DNA from: an uncultured Oscillospiraceae bacterium
GTDB taxonomy: Bacteria; Bacillota; Clostridia; Oscillospirales; Acutalibacteraceae
Direction of reading: 5' to 3'
Assembly: GCA_902492895.1 (NCBI GenBank)
Contig: CABUNG010000008.1
Location: 19,045-83,044, forward strand
DNA length: 64,000 nucleotides
Shown: in pieces, positions 1-9,500 of the stretch
Layout: every line of letters begins with the position of its first letter
Position numbering within the stretch: position 1 is the stretch's first letter
Made by a program: the position numbers and the translations under genes
Notes under the pieces: model-generated
Seen by the model: the letters and a program-made list of their open reading frames with translations, nothing else
What the model was told of the DNA's origin: nothing
Database searches by the model: none

Positions 1-75
1 ACCGGGTGTAGGAATTGTCGGAAGGGTGATCACGGCGGTCGAGAATCGTATCGTAAAGGGTGCGGATCGTATCAT
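1..75 (-). CDS. 5' end of an unidentified gene (partial, runs off the window). Its ATG overlaps the hisA-hisI TGA stop in an ATGA arrangement.
   Basis: The minus-strand ATG at 73-75 overlaps the stop at 72-74. The N-terminus reads [15 protein letters not shown]... Family not recognisable from 25 residues. Confidence 0.25.
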   Translation of the reverse strand, partial: MIRSAPFTIRFSTAVITLPTIPTPG

Positions 76-1130
76 TCATGGTCGTTTTCCTCCAAAATCG
101 TATCAAAGAAGCAGCTGTGCGCCCCTGTGTGGCAGGCGGCGTCGGTCTGATTCACCCGGATGAGCAGCGTATCGCTGTCGCAGTCTCCACTCATGGAGAC
201 GACCCGCTGCACATGGCCGCTGGTCGCGCCTTTGTTCCAGTATTCCCGGCGGGAACGGCTCCAGAACCAGGTGGTGCCGGTATCGACAGTGCGCTGCAGG
301 GATCCCAGGTTCATATACGCGAGCATCAACACCTCGCCGGTCGAGGCTTCCTGCACAATGGCCGGGATCAGGGGCGTTTTTTCAAAAAAGCGTTCCAGAT
401 GGAGCCGGTCGGACGGATAGGCAGCCGTTTGGATCGCTTCCGCCAGATCCAATGTGCCGCTGTACAGCGATTTGCCGCAGATAGCGCCGTACAGGCGCCG
501 GTCCCGCAGCTGCTCGATATCCCGCCGTTCCCGGATACCGCCCGAAGCGATCACGCTGCAGGAGACCGTCCGGTCCAGGGCTTCGAGCTGTTCCAGATTG
601 GGTCCCGACAGGGTGCCGTCTTTGGAGATATCGGTAAAAATGATCGTCCGCACCCCGATGTCCTCCATCCGGCGGGCGAGTTCCAGATAGGATACCTGCG
701 AGACTTCCAGCCATCCCTCGGCGGCCACCAGCCCCTTCACCGCGTCGATGCCGACCGCAATCCGGTCCCCGTAAAGCTTTACCGCTTGCCGGACAAACTC
801 CGGATCCTTGAGGGCGGCGGAACCGAGGATACAGCGGGAAATCCCGCCCGAAAGATAGTATTCGAGGGTGTCCAGAGACCGGATCCCGCCGCCGAGCTCC
901 ACCTTCAGCCCGCTTTCAGACGCGACAGCCAGGAAGATATCGGCATTCACGCGGTTGCCTGTCCGGGCGCCGTCGAGGTCCACCATATGGATCCACTCGG
1001 CACCCGCCCGGCGAAAGGACGCGGCCGTTTCCAGAGGATCGTCGGCCACGGTGTGAGCCGTACCGAAGTCCCCCTTCACAAGGCGGACGCATTGGCGGTT
1101 TTGGATATCGATAGCCGGTAATATGATCAT
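72..1130 (-). CDS. hisA: Fusion protein: N-terminal HisA (ProFAR isomerase) plus C-terminal HisI (phosphoribosyl-AMP cyclohydrolase).
   Basis: 352 aa. The N-terminus is [22 protein letters not shown]...GGGIRS...SGGIR, a TIM-barrel HisA. The C-terminal ~110 aa is [20 protein letters not shown]...[23 protein letters not shown]...CDSDTLL..CHTG, the HisI signature. Single uninterrupted ORF. Confidence 0.85.
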   Translation of the reverse strand: MIILPAIDIQNRQCVRLVKGDFGTAHTVADDPLETAASFRRAGAEWIHMVDLDGARTGNRVNADIFLAVASESGLKVELGGGIRSLDTLEYYLSGGISRCILGSAALKDPEFVRQAVKLYGDRIAVGIDAVKGLVAAEGWLEVSQVSYLELARRMEDIGVRTIIFTDISKDGTLSGPNLEQLEALDRTVSCSVIASGGIRERRDIEQLRDRRLYGAICGKSLYSGTLDLAEAIQTAAYPSDRLHLERFFEKTPLIPAIVQEASTGEVLMLAYMNLGSLQRTVDTGTTWFWSRSRREYWNKGATSGHVQRVVSMSGDCDSDTLLIRVNQTDAACHTGAHSCFFDTILEENDHE

Positions 1131-1166
1131 GGGATTCCATCCTTTTTCTGCAGGTTGACACGGAGA

Positions 1167-1742
1167 TCAATCGAGAGATCCCTTGGTAGAGAGAGTCCCC
1201 TCCGCGGGCGTCACCGCTTCTTTGAGAGCATGGGCGGCGGCTTTATAGAGCGCCTCGGCCATATGATGGGAATTCTGGCCATAGAGCATCTTTAAGTGGA
1301 GCGTGATTCCGGCATTTTGAGCCAACGCCCGGAAAAATTCCCCGGTCAGACAGGAATCGTAATCCCCGATCCGCTCTTCCGGAAAACGGGCATCGAACAC
1401 CAGAAACGGACGGCCGCTGACATCCACCGAGGCTAAAGCGAGGGATTCATCCATGGGAATCAGAAACGACCCATACCGCCGGATCCCGCCCTTATCTCCA
1501 AGAGCCTCGGCCAGCGCCTTACCCAGCACGATCCCGGTATCTTCGACGGTGTGATGGCCGTCTACATGCAGATCGCCTTCGGCCTTGAGGGTCAGCCCGA
1601 ACCCCGCGTGCACGGCCAAGGCCTCCAGCATATGATCGAAAAAGCCGATGCCGGTCGAAATCTCCACCGCGCCGCCGTCCAAATTCAGGGCGGCGGAAAT
1701 CACGGTTTCTTTTGTACGGCGGTCACAGGTGCCGATACGCAT
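1167..1742 (-). CDS. hisB: Imidazoleglycerol-phosphate dehydratase.
   Basis: 191 aa. Contains GIGFFDHMLEALAVH...DLHVDGHHTVEDTGI..., conserved IGPD motifs. Confidence 0.9.
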   Translation of the reverse strand: MRIGTCDRRTKETVISAALNLDGGAVEISTGIGFFDHMLEALAVHAGFGLTLKAEGDLHVDGHHTVEDTGIVLGKALAEALGDKGGIRRYGSFLIPMDESLALASVDVSGRPFLVFDARFPEERIGDYDSCLTGEFFRALAQNAGITLHLKMLYGQNSHHMAEALYKAAAHALKEAVTPAEGTLSTKGSLD

Positions 1743-1777
1743 GGTATGATGCCTCCTTTGTGTAAGGGTATATTCCT

Positions 1778-2842
1778 TTACTGGATATCCTCATGGGTCA
1801 GCAGGAACCGCATCACGGCCAGCAGTTCCTCGTTTTCCGCCTGGGTTCCGGCCGTAATCCGCAGATGGCCCTCACCAAACCGGCGGATGAGAATGCCGCG
1901 GTCCAGCAGCAGCGCATAGATCCGTTTGGCGTCCGCCAGACGGAGATAGACAAAATTGGTACAGCTGTCGTATACCCGGTCGATCAAGCCGTCCGCCTGG
2001 AGTTTCCGAAAGCCCTCCAGCAGCATGTTCCGCGATTCGATGAGCAGGCCGCGGTAGACATCCCGATAGACAGGGTTGGCGAGCACAACGTTCGCCATAG
2101 CCTGCGTGACCGCGTTGACGTTATAGGGCGACTTGGCCGCCCGCAGCACGGCCGTTATCTGCGGATTGGCCACAGCGAAACCAAGCCGAAGCGCCGCCAT
2201 GCCGAGCATTTTGGAACAGGTGCGCAGGATGATGAGATTGTCGTGACAGGCCACTTCATCGAGCAGGGACTGATCCCAGAAATCCATATACGCCTCGTCC
2301 AGCACCACCAAGGCGTCGGTGCCGCCGAGAATCCGGCGCACCTCTTCCCTCCCCAGGCCCACCGAAGTTGGATTGCAGGGATTGGAGAAAATCAGCAGGC
2401 GGACGGATTCCCGTTTTACAGTCTCCAATACACGTTCCACCGGGATACGCAGATCCTCCCCTTTCTCCAGCGTGATGCAGGGAGTTTCGGTAATGGAGGT
2501 GTAAAAGCGATACATCGAAAAATCGGGCGACAAGGTCAATACCTTTTCACCTTTTTGCAGAAACACCGACAGAATAATGGAGATCAACTCGTCTGAGCCA
2601 TTCCCCGCCGTTACCAATTCGGGCTTTACGCCGTAAGCACGGGCAAAAGAAGCGCAGACTTCACGGGCCAGAGGGTCGGGATACCGGTTGAGTGCCGTCT
2701 CCGCAGCCGCCTGTGCCATGGCAATCCGATCCTGCTCCGTCGGGAGGAGGAAGGATTCATTCGCGTCCATCCGCACCCGGTAAACCCCTTCCGAGGGATC
2801 ATAAGATGTCAAGGCTTTGGCCTTTTCACAAAAGGTATACAT
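1778..2842 (-). CDS. hisC: Histidinol-phosphate aminotransferase. Start chosen at an internal Met (MYTFCEKAK...); the track ORF extends to 2926.
   Basis: Class II aminotransferase fold with his-operon context. The 28-aa N-terminal extension in the track looks non-native. Confidence 0.85.
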   Translation of the reverse strand: MYTFCEKAKALTSYDPSEGVYRVRMDANESFLLPTEQDRIAMAQAAAETALNRYPDPLAREVCASFARAYGVKPELVTAGNGSDELISIILSVFLQKGEKVLTLSPDFSMYRFYTSITETPCITLEKGEDLRIPVERVLETVKRESVRLLIFSNPCNPTSVGLGREEVRRILGGTDALVVLDEAYMDFWDQSLLDEVACHDNLIILRTCSKMLGMAALRLGFAVANPQITAVLRAAKSPYNVNAVTQAMANVVLANPVYRDVYRGLLIESRNMLLEGFRKLQADGLIDRVYDSCTNFVYLRLADAKRIYALLLDRGILIRRFGEGHLRITAGTQAENEELLAVMRFLLTHEDIQ

Positions 2843-2867
2843 ACGATTCTCCTTCTCCGCTGCGGAT

Positions 2868-4157
2868 TCACTCAAACCGGACGGCAACCGCATGGGCGTG
2901 TGCATCCAGACCTTCCGCATGGGCAATGGACAGGATATCGTCCCGGGCCGCCTCTAAAGCGGAGCGGTTATAGGCAATAAAGCTCGATTTTTTGATAAAG
3001 CTGTCCACCGACAAGGGGGAGAAAAACCGGGCGGTTCCACTGGTGGGCAGAACGTGGTTGGGCCCCGCGTAATAATCGCCCAGGGGTTCGGGCGAATATT
3101 TCCCGAGAAATACCGAACCAGCATTGTCCAGACGGCCCACGTAGCCCATGGGGTCCTCGCACATCACCTCGAGGTGCTCAGGCGCCAGGCGGTTGGCAAA
3201 AGCAACCGCCTCGTCCATATCCCGGCAGACGATGACGGCGCCGTAATCGGCCAGGGAACGGCGGATGATCTCCTGCCGCGGCAGTTCCTGCACCTGCTTT
3301 TCCAGTTCAGCCAGAGTGCGTTCAGCAATCTCTAGGGAATCGGTCAGTAGAATGGAGGAGGCGAGCACATCGTGCTCCGCCTGTGACATGAGGTCAGCGG
3401 CGAGATACCGGGGATCGGCAGAGGCATCCGCCAGAACCAGGATCTCACTCGGACCCGCCACCATGTCGATGTCCACCTGCCCGTATACCAGCCGCTTGGC
3501 CGTGGCGACATAGATATTTCCGGGGCCGACGATCTTGTCCACCCGGGGAATCGAATCCGTGCCGTATGCCAGGGCGGCGACCGCCTGGGCTCCGCCGCAG
3601 AGATAGACCGCGTCCACTCCCGCGATGGCCGCCGCGGCCATGACGTCCGGATTGAAGGCGCCGTTTTTGGGAGGCGGCGTCACCATGATGATCTCCTTGA
3701 CTCCCGCAATGCGGGCCGGAATCGCATTCATCAGCACCGAAGAGGGATACGCCGCCGTGCCGCCCGGCACATAGATGCCGACGCGGTCCAGACCACGGAT
3801 CCGCTGGCCCACGATGGTGCCGTCCGGACGGGTATCCAGCCAGCTCTGCTGCAGCTGGCGGCGATGAAAGTCCGCGATATTGGCAGCCGCGCGTTCGAGC
3901 GCGGCGTATACGGCCGGATCACAGGCGGAAGCCATCTCCGCCAGCCGCTCCCGGCCGATCGGTTCGAGAACCGGGTCCACTCCATCGAATTGCCGCGTGT
4001 AGTCCCGCAGGGCGTCGTCTCCGCGGGTGCGTACGGCGTCCAGTATAGCCGAAACGGCAGCGGTGACTTTCCGGTCCACTTCCCCGCTGCGGGACGTCAG
4101 CTGATCCAGCAGGACGAATTCCGCCTTGCCGTCGGCTCTTACCAGTGGCATTATCAT
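2868..4157 (-). CDS. hisD: Histidinol dehydrogenase.
   Basis: 429 aa with conserved HisD blocks (GPGNIYVATAKRLV..., SQAEHD). Confidence 0.9.
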   Translation of the reverse strand: MIMPLVRADGKAEFVLLDQLTSRSGEVDRKVTAAVSAILDAVRTRGDDALRDYTRQFDGVDPVLEPIGRERLAEMASACDPAVYAALERAAANIADFHRRQLQQSWLDTRPDGTIVGQRIRGLDRVGIYVPGGTAAYPSSVLMNAIPARIAGVKEIIMVTPPPKNGAFNPDVMAAAAIAGVDAVYLCGGAQAVAALAYGTDSIPRVDKIVGPGNIYVATAKRLVYGQVDIDMVAGPSEILVLADASADPRYLAADLMSQAEHDVLASSILLTDSLEIAERTLAELEKQVQELPRQEIIRRSLADYGAVIVCRDMDEAVAFANRLAPEHLEVMCEDPMGYVGRLDNAGSVFLGKYSPEPLGDYYAGPNHVLPTSGTARFFSPLSVDSFIKKSSFIAYNRSALEAARDDILSIAHAEGLDAHAHAVAVRFE

Positions 4158-4187
4158 GTAACCTACCTCCTATAAAAACCCGCGGCG

Positions 4188-4817
4188 TCAGCGCTCGAGA
4201 GCGCTGGCCATCCGGGCGACCAGATCTTCGATTTCAGCCTTGCGCAGCTTCATACAGGCCATATTGACGATCAAGCGGGCGGAAATCGGCATCACGTCCT
4301 CCACCACTTCGAGCCCGTTTTCCTTGAGCGTGGAGCCGGTTTCAACGATATCCACGATCCCGTCCGCCAAACCGAGCAGCGGCGCCAGCTCGACGGATCC
4401 CTCGATCTTGATGATCCGCACGTCCAGTCCCTTCCGGCCGAAATACGCCCGGGCGACGTTCGGATATTTGGACGCGATGGTCTTGACGTGATAGCCGTCG
4501 AAGAAAGGGATTCCCTTCGGAGCGGCCAGGGCAAACCGGCACCGGCCGAAACCCAGATCCAGCACCTCGTAAAAGCTGCCGCCGCTCTCGGCGATGGTGT
4601 CCTTCCCCACGACCCCGAGGTCACAGACGCCGTGTTCCACATACGTGATCACGTCGGCTGCCTTGGCGAGTACCACTTCCAGATTGTCACCGACCGGCAG
4701 AATCAGCCGCCGGCCCTTATCCTTCACAGCGTTCGTGTCGCATCCCATGCGGTCGAAAAGCGCTACCGTATCCTTTTCCAGGCGCCCTTTGGTCAGTGCC
4801 ATACGTATCGGTCTCAT
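4188..4817 (-). CDS. hisG: ATP phosphoribosyltransferase, short form. Start taken at the ATG with a GGAGA Shine-Dalgarno 6 nt upstream (MRPIRMALTKGRLE...).
   Basis: Short HisG followed directly by hisZ, the HisG(S)/HisZ system. Confidence 0.85.
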   Translation of the reverse strand: MRPIRMALTKGRLEKDTVALFDRMGCDTNAVKDKGRRLILPVGDNLEVVLAKAADVITYVEHGVCDLGVVGKDTIAESGGSFYEVLDLGFGRCRFALAAPKGIPFFDGYHVKTIASKYPNVARAYFGRKGLDVRIIKIEGSVELAPLLGLADGIVDIVETGSTLKENGLEVVEDVMPISARLIVNMACMKLRKAEIEDLVARMASALER

Positions 4818-4836
4818 GTCCATTCTCCTTCTCTGT

Positions 4837-6039
4837 TCAGACCTCGAGGCAGTCTTCGCCATCGGCCGATACGATATAGACAAGGGAGATTCCCCGTTCC
4901 GCCGCGTAGCGGAGCGCCTCGTCCCGGGTTTCCTGCAGGCTGAATTCGACCAGCATGCCGTCCTCCGTCAGCGTCTGAATTCGTTTCATGGCCGCGACTT
5001 CACAGTCCGGCATGGCAAAAACCAGGGCTTCGGGACGCATGGGCGGCTCGATCTGTCCGTTGTCCAGCATCCCTTTGATGACCGCATCCACGTTGACGCC
5101 GAATCCGGTCGCCGGAAGGGGGGAACCGAACTGCTGCAACAGGGTATCGTAGCGGCCGCCGGAGACGACGGTATCGCCGCTGCCCTCCATGTATCCGCGG
5201 AAAATAACGCCGGTATAATACTCATTGCGATGGACGAGCCCCAAATCGATCATCACCTGATCGCCGAGACCGAGTTTCCGCAGCGACCGGTACAGCCAGG
5301 CCAGATGTTCCAGCGCCGCCCGGCTCTGTTCCCCATGGCAGAGTCCCTGTGCTTCTTTCAGGATCTCTTCGCCGCCGAAAAGGCGGGGCAGACGCCGCAG
5401 TGCCTCCGCAGCGCTGCTCTTCGGCAGACTGTCCAAGGTATCGGAAAGGGCGGCGTAATTTTTCATTTCAATCAGGGTGCGGATTTCGTCCCGCACCTCT
5501 TCCCCGACCTCGAGCTCGGCTACAAGGGACTGGAAAAACCCAACGTGGCCGATTTCCAGACGAAAATCCCCGCCGATACAGGGCAGGCGCAGCACGTCCG
5601 CCGCCAGGGAAAGAATTTCGAGGTCCGCCCGCTGGCCGCCCGCGCCGATGAGTTCCACTCCGGCCTGGAATTCCTGGTCGTTCCGCCCGGTCAGGCTGTG
5701 ATTGAGATGGTAGACATCCTGCGCATAATACAGGCGGATGGGAAGCGCGGTTTTCTGCAGTCTCGTTGCGGTCAGCCGCGCGATCGGCATGGTGGAATCC
5801 GGGCGCATCACAAGCAGGCGCCCCTTGGAATCGGTCAGTTTATACATGCTGTCGGCCGGAATTGCCGGCTGGCCGGCCTGAAAAACGTCGAAGAATTCCA
5901 ATCCCGGCGTCATCACCTCGGAAAAACCGTGGCAAACAAATAAATCGGCCAGCATCCCCTCCGCCTCGCGGCGGGCCAGGCATTCTTCGAACAGCAGATC
6001 CCGCGTGCCTTCTGGCGTGATGCGGTTATATTGTCTCAT
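4837..6039 (-). CDS. hisZ: ATP phosphoribosyltransferase regulatory subunit (HisS-like paralog).
   Basis: 400 aa class-II aaRS-like catalytic core without an anticodon-binding domain, immediately upstream of short hisG. Confidence 0.85.
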   Translation of the reverse strand: MRQYNRITPEGTRDLLFEECLARREAEGMLADLFVCHGFSEVMTPGLEFFDVFQAGQPAIPADSMYKLTDSKGRLLVMRPDSTMPIARLTATRLQKTALPIRLYYAQDVYHLNHSLTGRNDQEFQAGVELIGAGGQRADLEILSLAADVLRLPCIGGDFRLEIGHVGFFQSLVAELEVGEEVRDEIRTLIEMKNYAALSDTLDSLPKSSAAEALRRLPRLFGGEEILKEAQGLCHGEQSRAALEHLAWLYRSLRKLGLGDQVMIDLGLVHRNEYYTGVIFRGYMEGSGDTVVSGGRYDTLLQQFGSPLPATGFGVNVDAVIKGMLDNGQIEPPMRPEALVFAMPDCEVAAMKRIQTLTEDGMLVEFSLQETRDEALRYAAERGISLVYIVSADGEDCLEV

Positions 6040-6102
6040 ACTCTCAAACCAAACCCTTTCCGGGTGACTTTCTCGTCACTTTACTTCGCTAATGTGCTAC
6101 TA

Positions 6103-6130
6103 TGATATCATGCCGAATCGGTGCTGTCAA
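6103..6130 (-). promoter_or_regulatory. Sigma-A-type promoter for the his operon, TTGACA-16/17 nt-TATCAT, read on the minus strand.
   Basis: The reverse complement reads cTTGACAgcaccgattcggcatgaTATCATag. It lies about 60 nt upstream of the hisZ ATG. Confidence 0.5.
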
Positions 6131-6573
6131 GAGGCCGAACGCGGTTTGATGTTGAGAAAGACCAGTCCCGCCAGGCACAGCAAGATACCAATCGCCTGAA
6201 ATCCCGTGATTTTTTCTTTATAGAACAAAGCACCGACGAAAACCAGAATCACGGCAAGACCGATGTTGGCGACCAGGGAGCCGATACTCACCGCCCAGCC
6301 CGCCCGATAGGCCATAATATAGCCGAATTCCAGCCCGACCAAGCTCAGCCCCAAAACGACGCTGCTCCAATTGATCTGGCGAAACTGTACAAGGACTCCG
6401 TCCTTTCCCGCCGCCGACGCTACCAGCAGAACGCCTGTGGCGAGGGCTGATACCAGATAGGTCACCAAAAGAGAGGCAAAGGGATTGACGCCGCCCGGCG
6501 TGGACTTGGCGGATATGTTATAGCAGACATTTGAGGCAACGATCAGCAGAATGGGCCACAAATACGCGAACAC
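6127..6573 (-). CDS. Small EamA/DMT-superfamily membrane protein (half-size, 4 TM). A GTG start is proposed.
   Basis: Hydrophobic 4-helix protein. An AAAGGGGGGG RBS sits 7 nt upstream of GTG (VFAYLWPILL...). The track starts at a TTG 10 codons upstream. Confidence 0.45.
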   Translation of the reverse strand: MFAYLWPILLIVASNVCYNISAKSTPGGVNPFASLLVTYLVSALATGVLLVASAAGKDGVLVQFRQINWSSVVLGLSLVGLEFGYIMAYRAGWAVSIGSLVANIGLAVILVFVGALFYKEKITGFQAIGILLCLAGLVFLNIKPRSAS

Positions 6574-6595
6574 AGCCGGTCCCCCCCTTTTTGGT

Positions 6596-9500
6596 TTACA
6601 TTTCAAACAGATTCATCTGACTGGTCGCGGGCAGGGCGTCCAATACCCCGAGCTGACGCAGGGATTCCACGACCGCCTTGGTGATGCCGGAGCGGTTCTG
6701 CAGATCGTCGCAGGAGATGTAGGGCCCCGCTTCCCTGGCCTCCATCATGGATTGGGCCGCGGCGCCGCCGAGTCCCTTGACGGAACTGAATGGCAGCCGG
6801 ATTTTACCGTCTTCCAGCACAAATTTGTAGGAATGGGATTTGTACAGATCCACCGGCAGGTATTCGATGCCGCGCTGCATGGATTCATAGATGACGTGGA
6901 GCGTTTCCGCCTGGGACTGTTCCTTGGCCGTAGCCTCTTTGCCCTTTTGGCGCAGGGTGTCCATCAGCTGTTTGACGCCGTTTTTGCCCTTGGAGACCGG
7001 CTCGGCGTCGAAATCTTCCCCGCGGCCCGTGAAATAGGCCGCGTAATAAGCGGCAGGCCGATGCACCTTGTACCAGGCGACCCGCAGAGCTGCAATGATA
7101 TAGGCCGCGGCGTGGGCCTTCGGGAACATGTACTTGATCTTCATGCAGGAATCCTTGTACCAGTCGGGAACGCCGTGCTCCTTCATGGCGGCGAAATGCT
7201 CTTCGGTGAGCAGCTTGGTCGCGTTGCCCTTCCGGACGATCTCCATGATTTTAAACGCCATTTTGGGTTCCAGACCCTTGTGCATCAGGTAGGTCATGAT
7301 GCTGTCCCGTGTTCCGATAACGTTGGAGATGGTGCAGGTGCCGCTTTTGATCAGCTCCTGCGCGTTGCCGAGCCACACGTCGGTCCCGTGAGACAGTCCG
7401 GAAATCTGGAGCAGGTCTGTAAAGGTTTTCGGCTTGCACTCGAGCAGCATCTGCCGGACAAACGGGGTACCCATTTCCGGAATCGACAGGGTGCCGTTGT
7501 CGCACTCGATCTGCTCCGCCGTGACGCCGAGCGGTTCGGGCGAGGTGAAAAGCTTGTAAACCTCCGGATCCGACATGTTGACCTCGGTTACGGGGATGCC
7601 GGTATACTCTTCCAGATATTTGTAGATGGTCGGAATGACATGCCCCAGGTTATCGAGCTTCAGAATGGTGTCATGGATGGAATGGAAGTCGAAGTGAGTG
7701 GTGATGATGTCGGAGTCCGGATCGTCCGCCGGATGCTGGACCGGGCAGAAGTCCTCCGCCTCGTAATCGTTCGGCACGACGACCATGCCGCCGGGATGCT
7801 GGCCGGTGGTCCGCTTGATGCCGGTACAGCCGGCTGTCAGCCGGTTGATCTCGGCGTTGCTGTAGACGAGTCCGCGTTCCTCGGCATACTTTTTCACGTA
7901 ACCGAACGCAGTCTTGTCCGCGACGGTCGAAATGGTGCCGGCTTTGAACACATGGTCGCTTCCGAAGAGCGATTCCGTGTATTTATGCGCCCGCAGCTGG
8001 TATTCGCTCGCAAAGTTCAAATCGATATCGGGCGCCTTATCGCCATCGAAGCCCAGGAAGGTTTCAAACGGGATTTCGTGCCCGTCCCGGGAGAGAGGTT
8101 CTCCGCAGACGGGGCAGATCTTATCGGGCAGATCGAAGCCGGAACCGACCGAACCGTCGGTAAAGAACTCCGAATGATGGCACTTTTTGCAGAGATAATG
8201 CGGCGCCAGGGGGTTGACCTCTGAAATCCCCGCCATATAGGCGACGAAGGAGGAACCGACCGATCCCCGGGACCCGACCAGATACCCGTTTTCCACCGAG
8301 TTCTGGACCAGCTTCTGCGCGATCATATAGAGCACGGAGAAGCCGTGCTTGACGATAGACGTCAGCTCCCGGTCAAGCCGGGCGGACACGATTTCGGGAA
8401 CGGGATCGCCGTACAGCTCGCGGGCGCGGTTCCAGGTGATCTCCTGAATCTGTTCTTCCGCCCCGTCGATGTGGGGCGGGAAGGTTCCCTCCGGAATCGG
8501 GCGGATGGTTTCTATGCTATCCGCAATGCGGCCGGGGTTCTCGATGACCACCTCGCGGGCTTTCTCTTTCCCGAGATAGTCGAATTCCGCCAGCATTTCG
8601 TCGGTCGTGCGCAGATAGAGAGGCGCCTGCTGATCGGCATCGCTGAACCCCTGCCCGGCCTGAAGGATCCGGCGGTAGATTTCGTCCTCCGGATCCATGA
8701 AATGGACGTCCCCCGTCGCACAGACCGGGATGTTCAGTTTTTCGCCCAGGCGGATGATGGTGCGGTTGAACTCCCGGAGCTGCTCTTCGCTCTGCACCAT
8801 GCCCTCGCGCAGCATGAACAGGTTGTTCCCGAGCGGCTGAATCTCCAGGAAATCATAAAATTTCGCAATATCGCACAGCTCGCCCCAGGGCTTGCCGTCA
8901 AAGATCGCACGGAACAATTCGCCCTGCTCGCAGGCACTGCCCACGATCAGACCCTCCCGGTATTCCATCAGCTTGGTTTTGGTGATGCGAGGCTTTTTAT
9001 AGAAATTGTGCAGATGGCTCCAGGAGATCAGTTTATACAGGTTTTTGAGCCCTTTCAGGTTCTTGGCCATCAGGATCAGATGATAGGGCCGCGTTTTTTT
9101 ATTGTCGGCGCCGGCCAGAAGGGTGTTGATCCCGTCCACGGACGCGATCCCCTTCTCCGCCTTCATATCGGCGGCCAGGTGAATGAAAATATCGGCCAGC
9201 ACTTTCGCGTCGTCACAGGCACGGTGATGGTTGAAGGGATCCAGTTTGAGGTGATTCGCCACCGTGTCCAGCTTGTGATTTTTCAAATGGGGATACAGAG
9301 CCCGGCAGATCGGCACCGTGTCAATCGAGGTAAAGGGATAGGGCAGCCCGGTCCGGGTGGCCGCCGCCCGGATAAAGCTTGTGTCAAAGGGGGCATTGTG
9401 CGCGACGAGAATATGGACATCCCCGCAGAAAGCGTAGAACTGCTCGAGCGCTTCCTTTTCGCCCGGCGCATCCTTCACCATCTCGTCGGTGATGCCGGTC

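Noticed and set aside
60-1121. 353-aa plus-strand ORF antisense to hisA-hisI, and similar long antisense ORFs at 6551-8224, 8345-9913, 12042-13958, 21664-23664, 30419-32155, 32476-33921, 45369-46544, 52130-53503 and 61216-63420.
   Set aside because: These are typical spurious open frames opposite real genes in high-GC DNA. In every case the other strand encodes a protein with clear family motifs.
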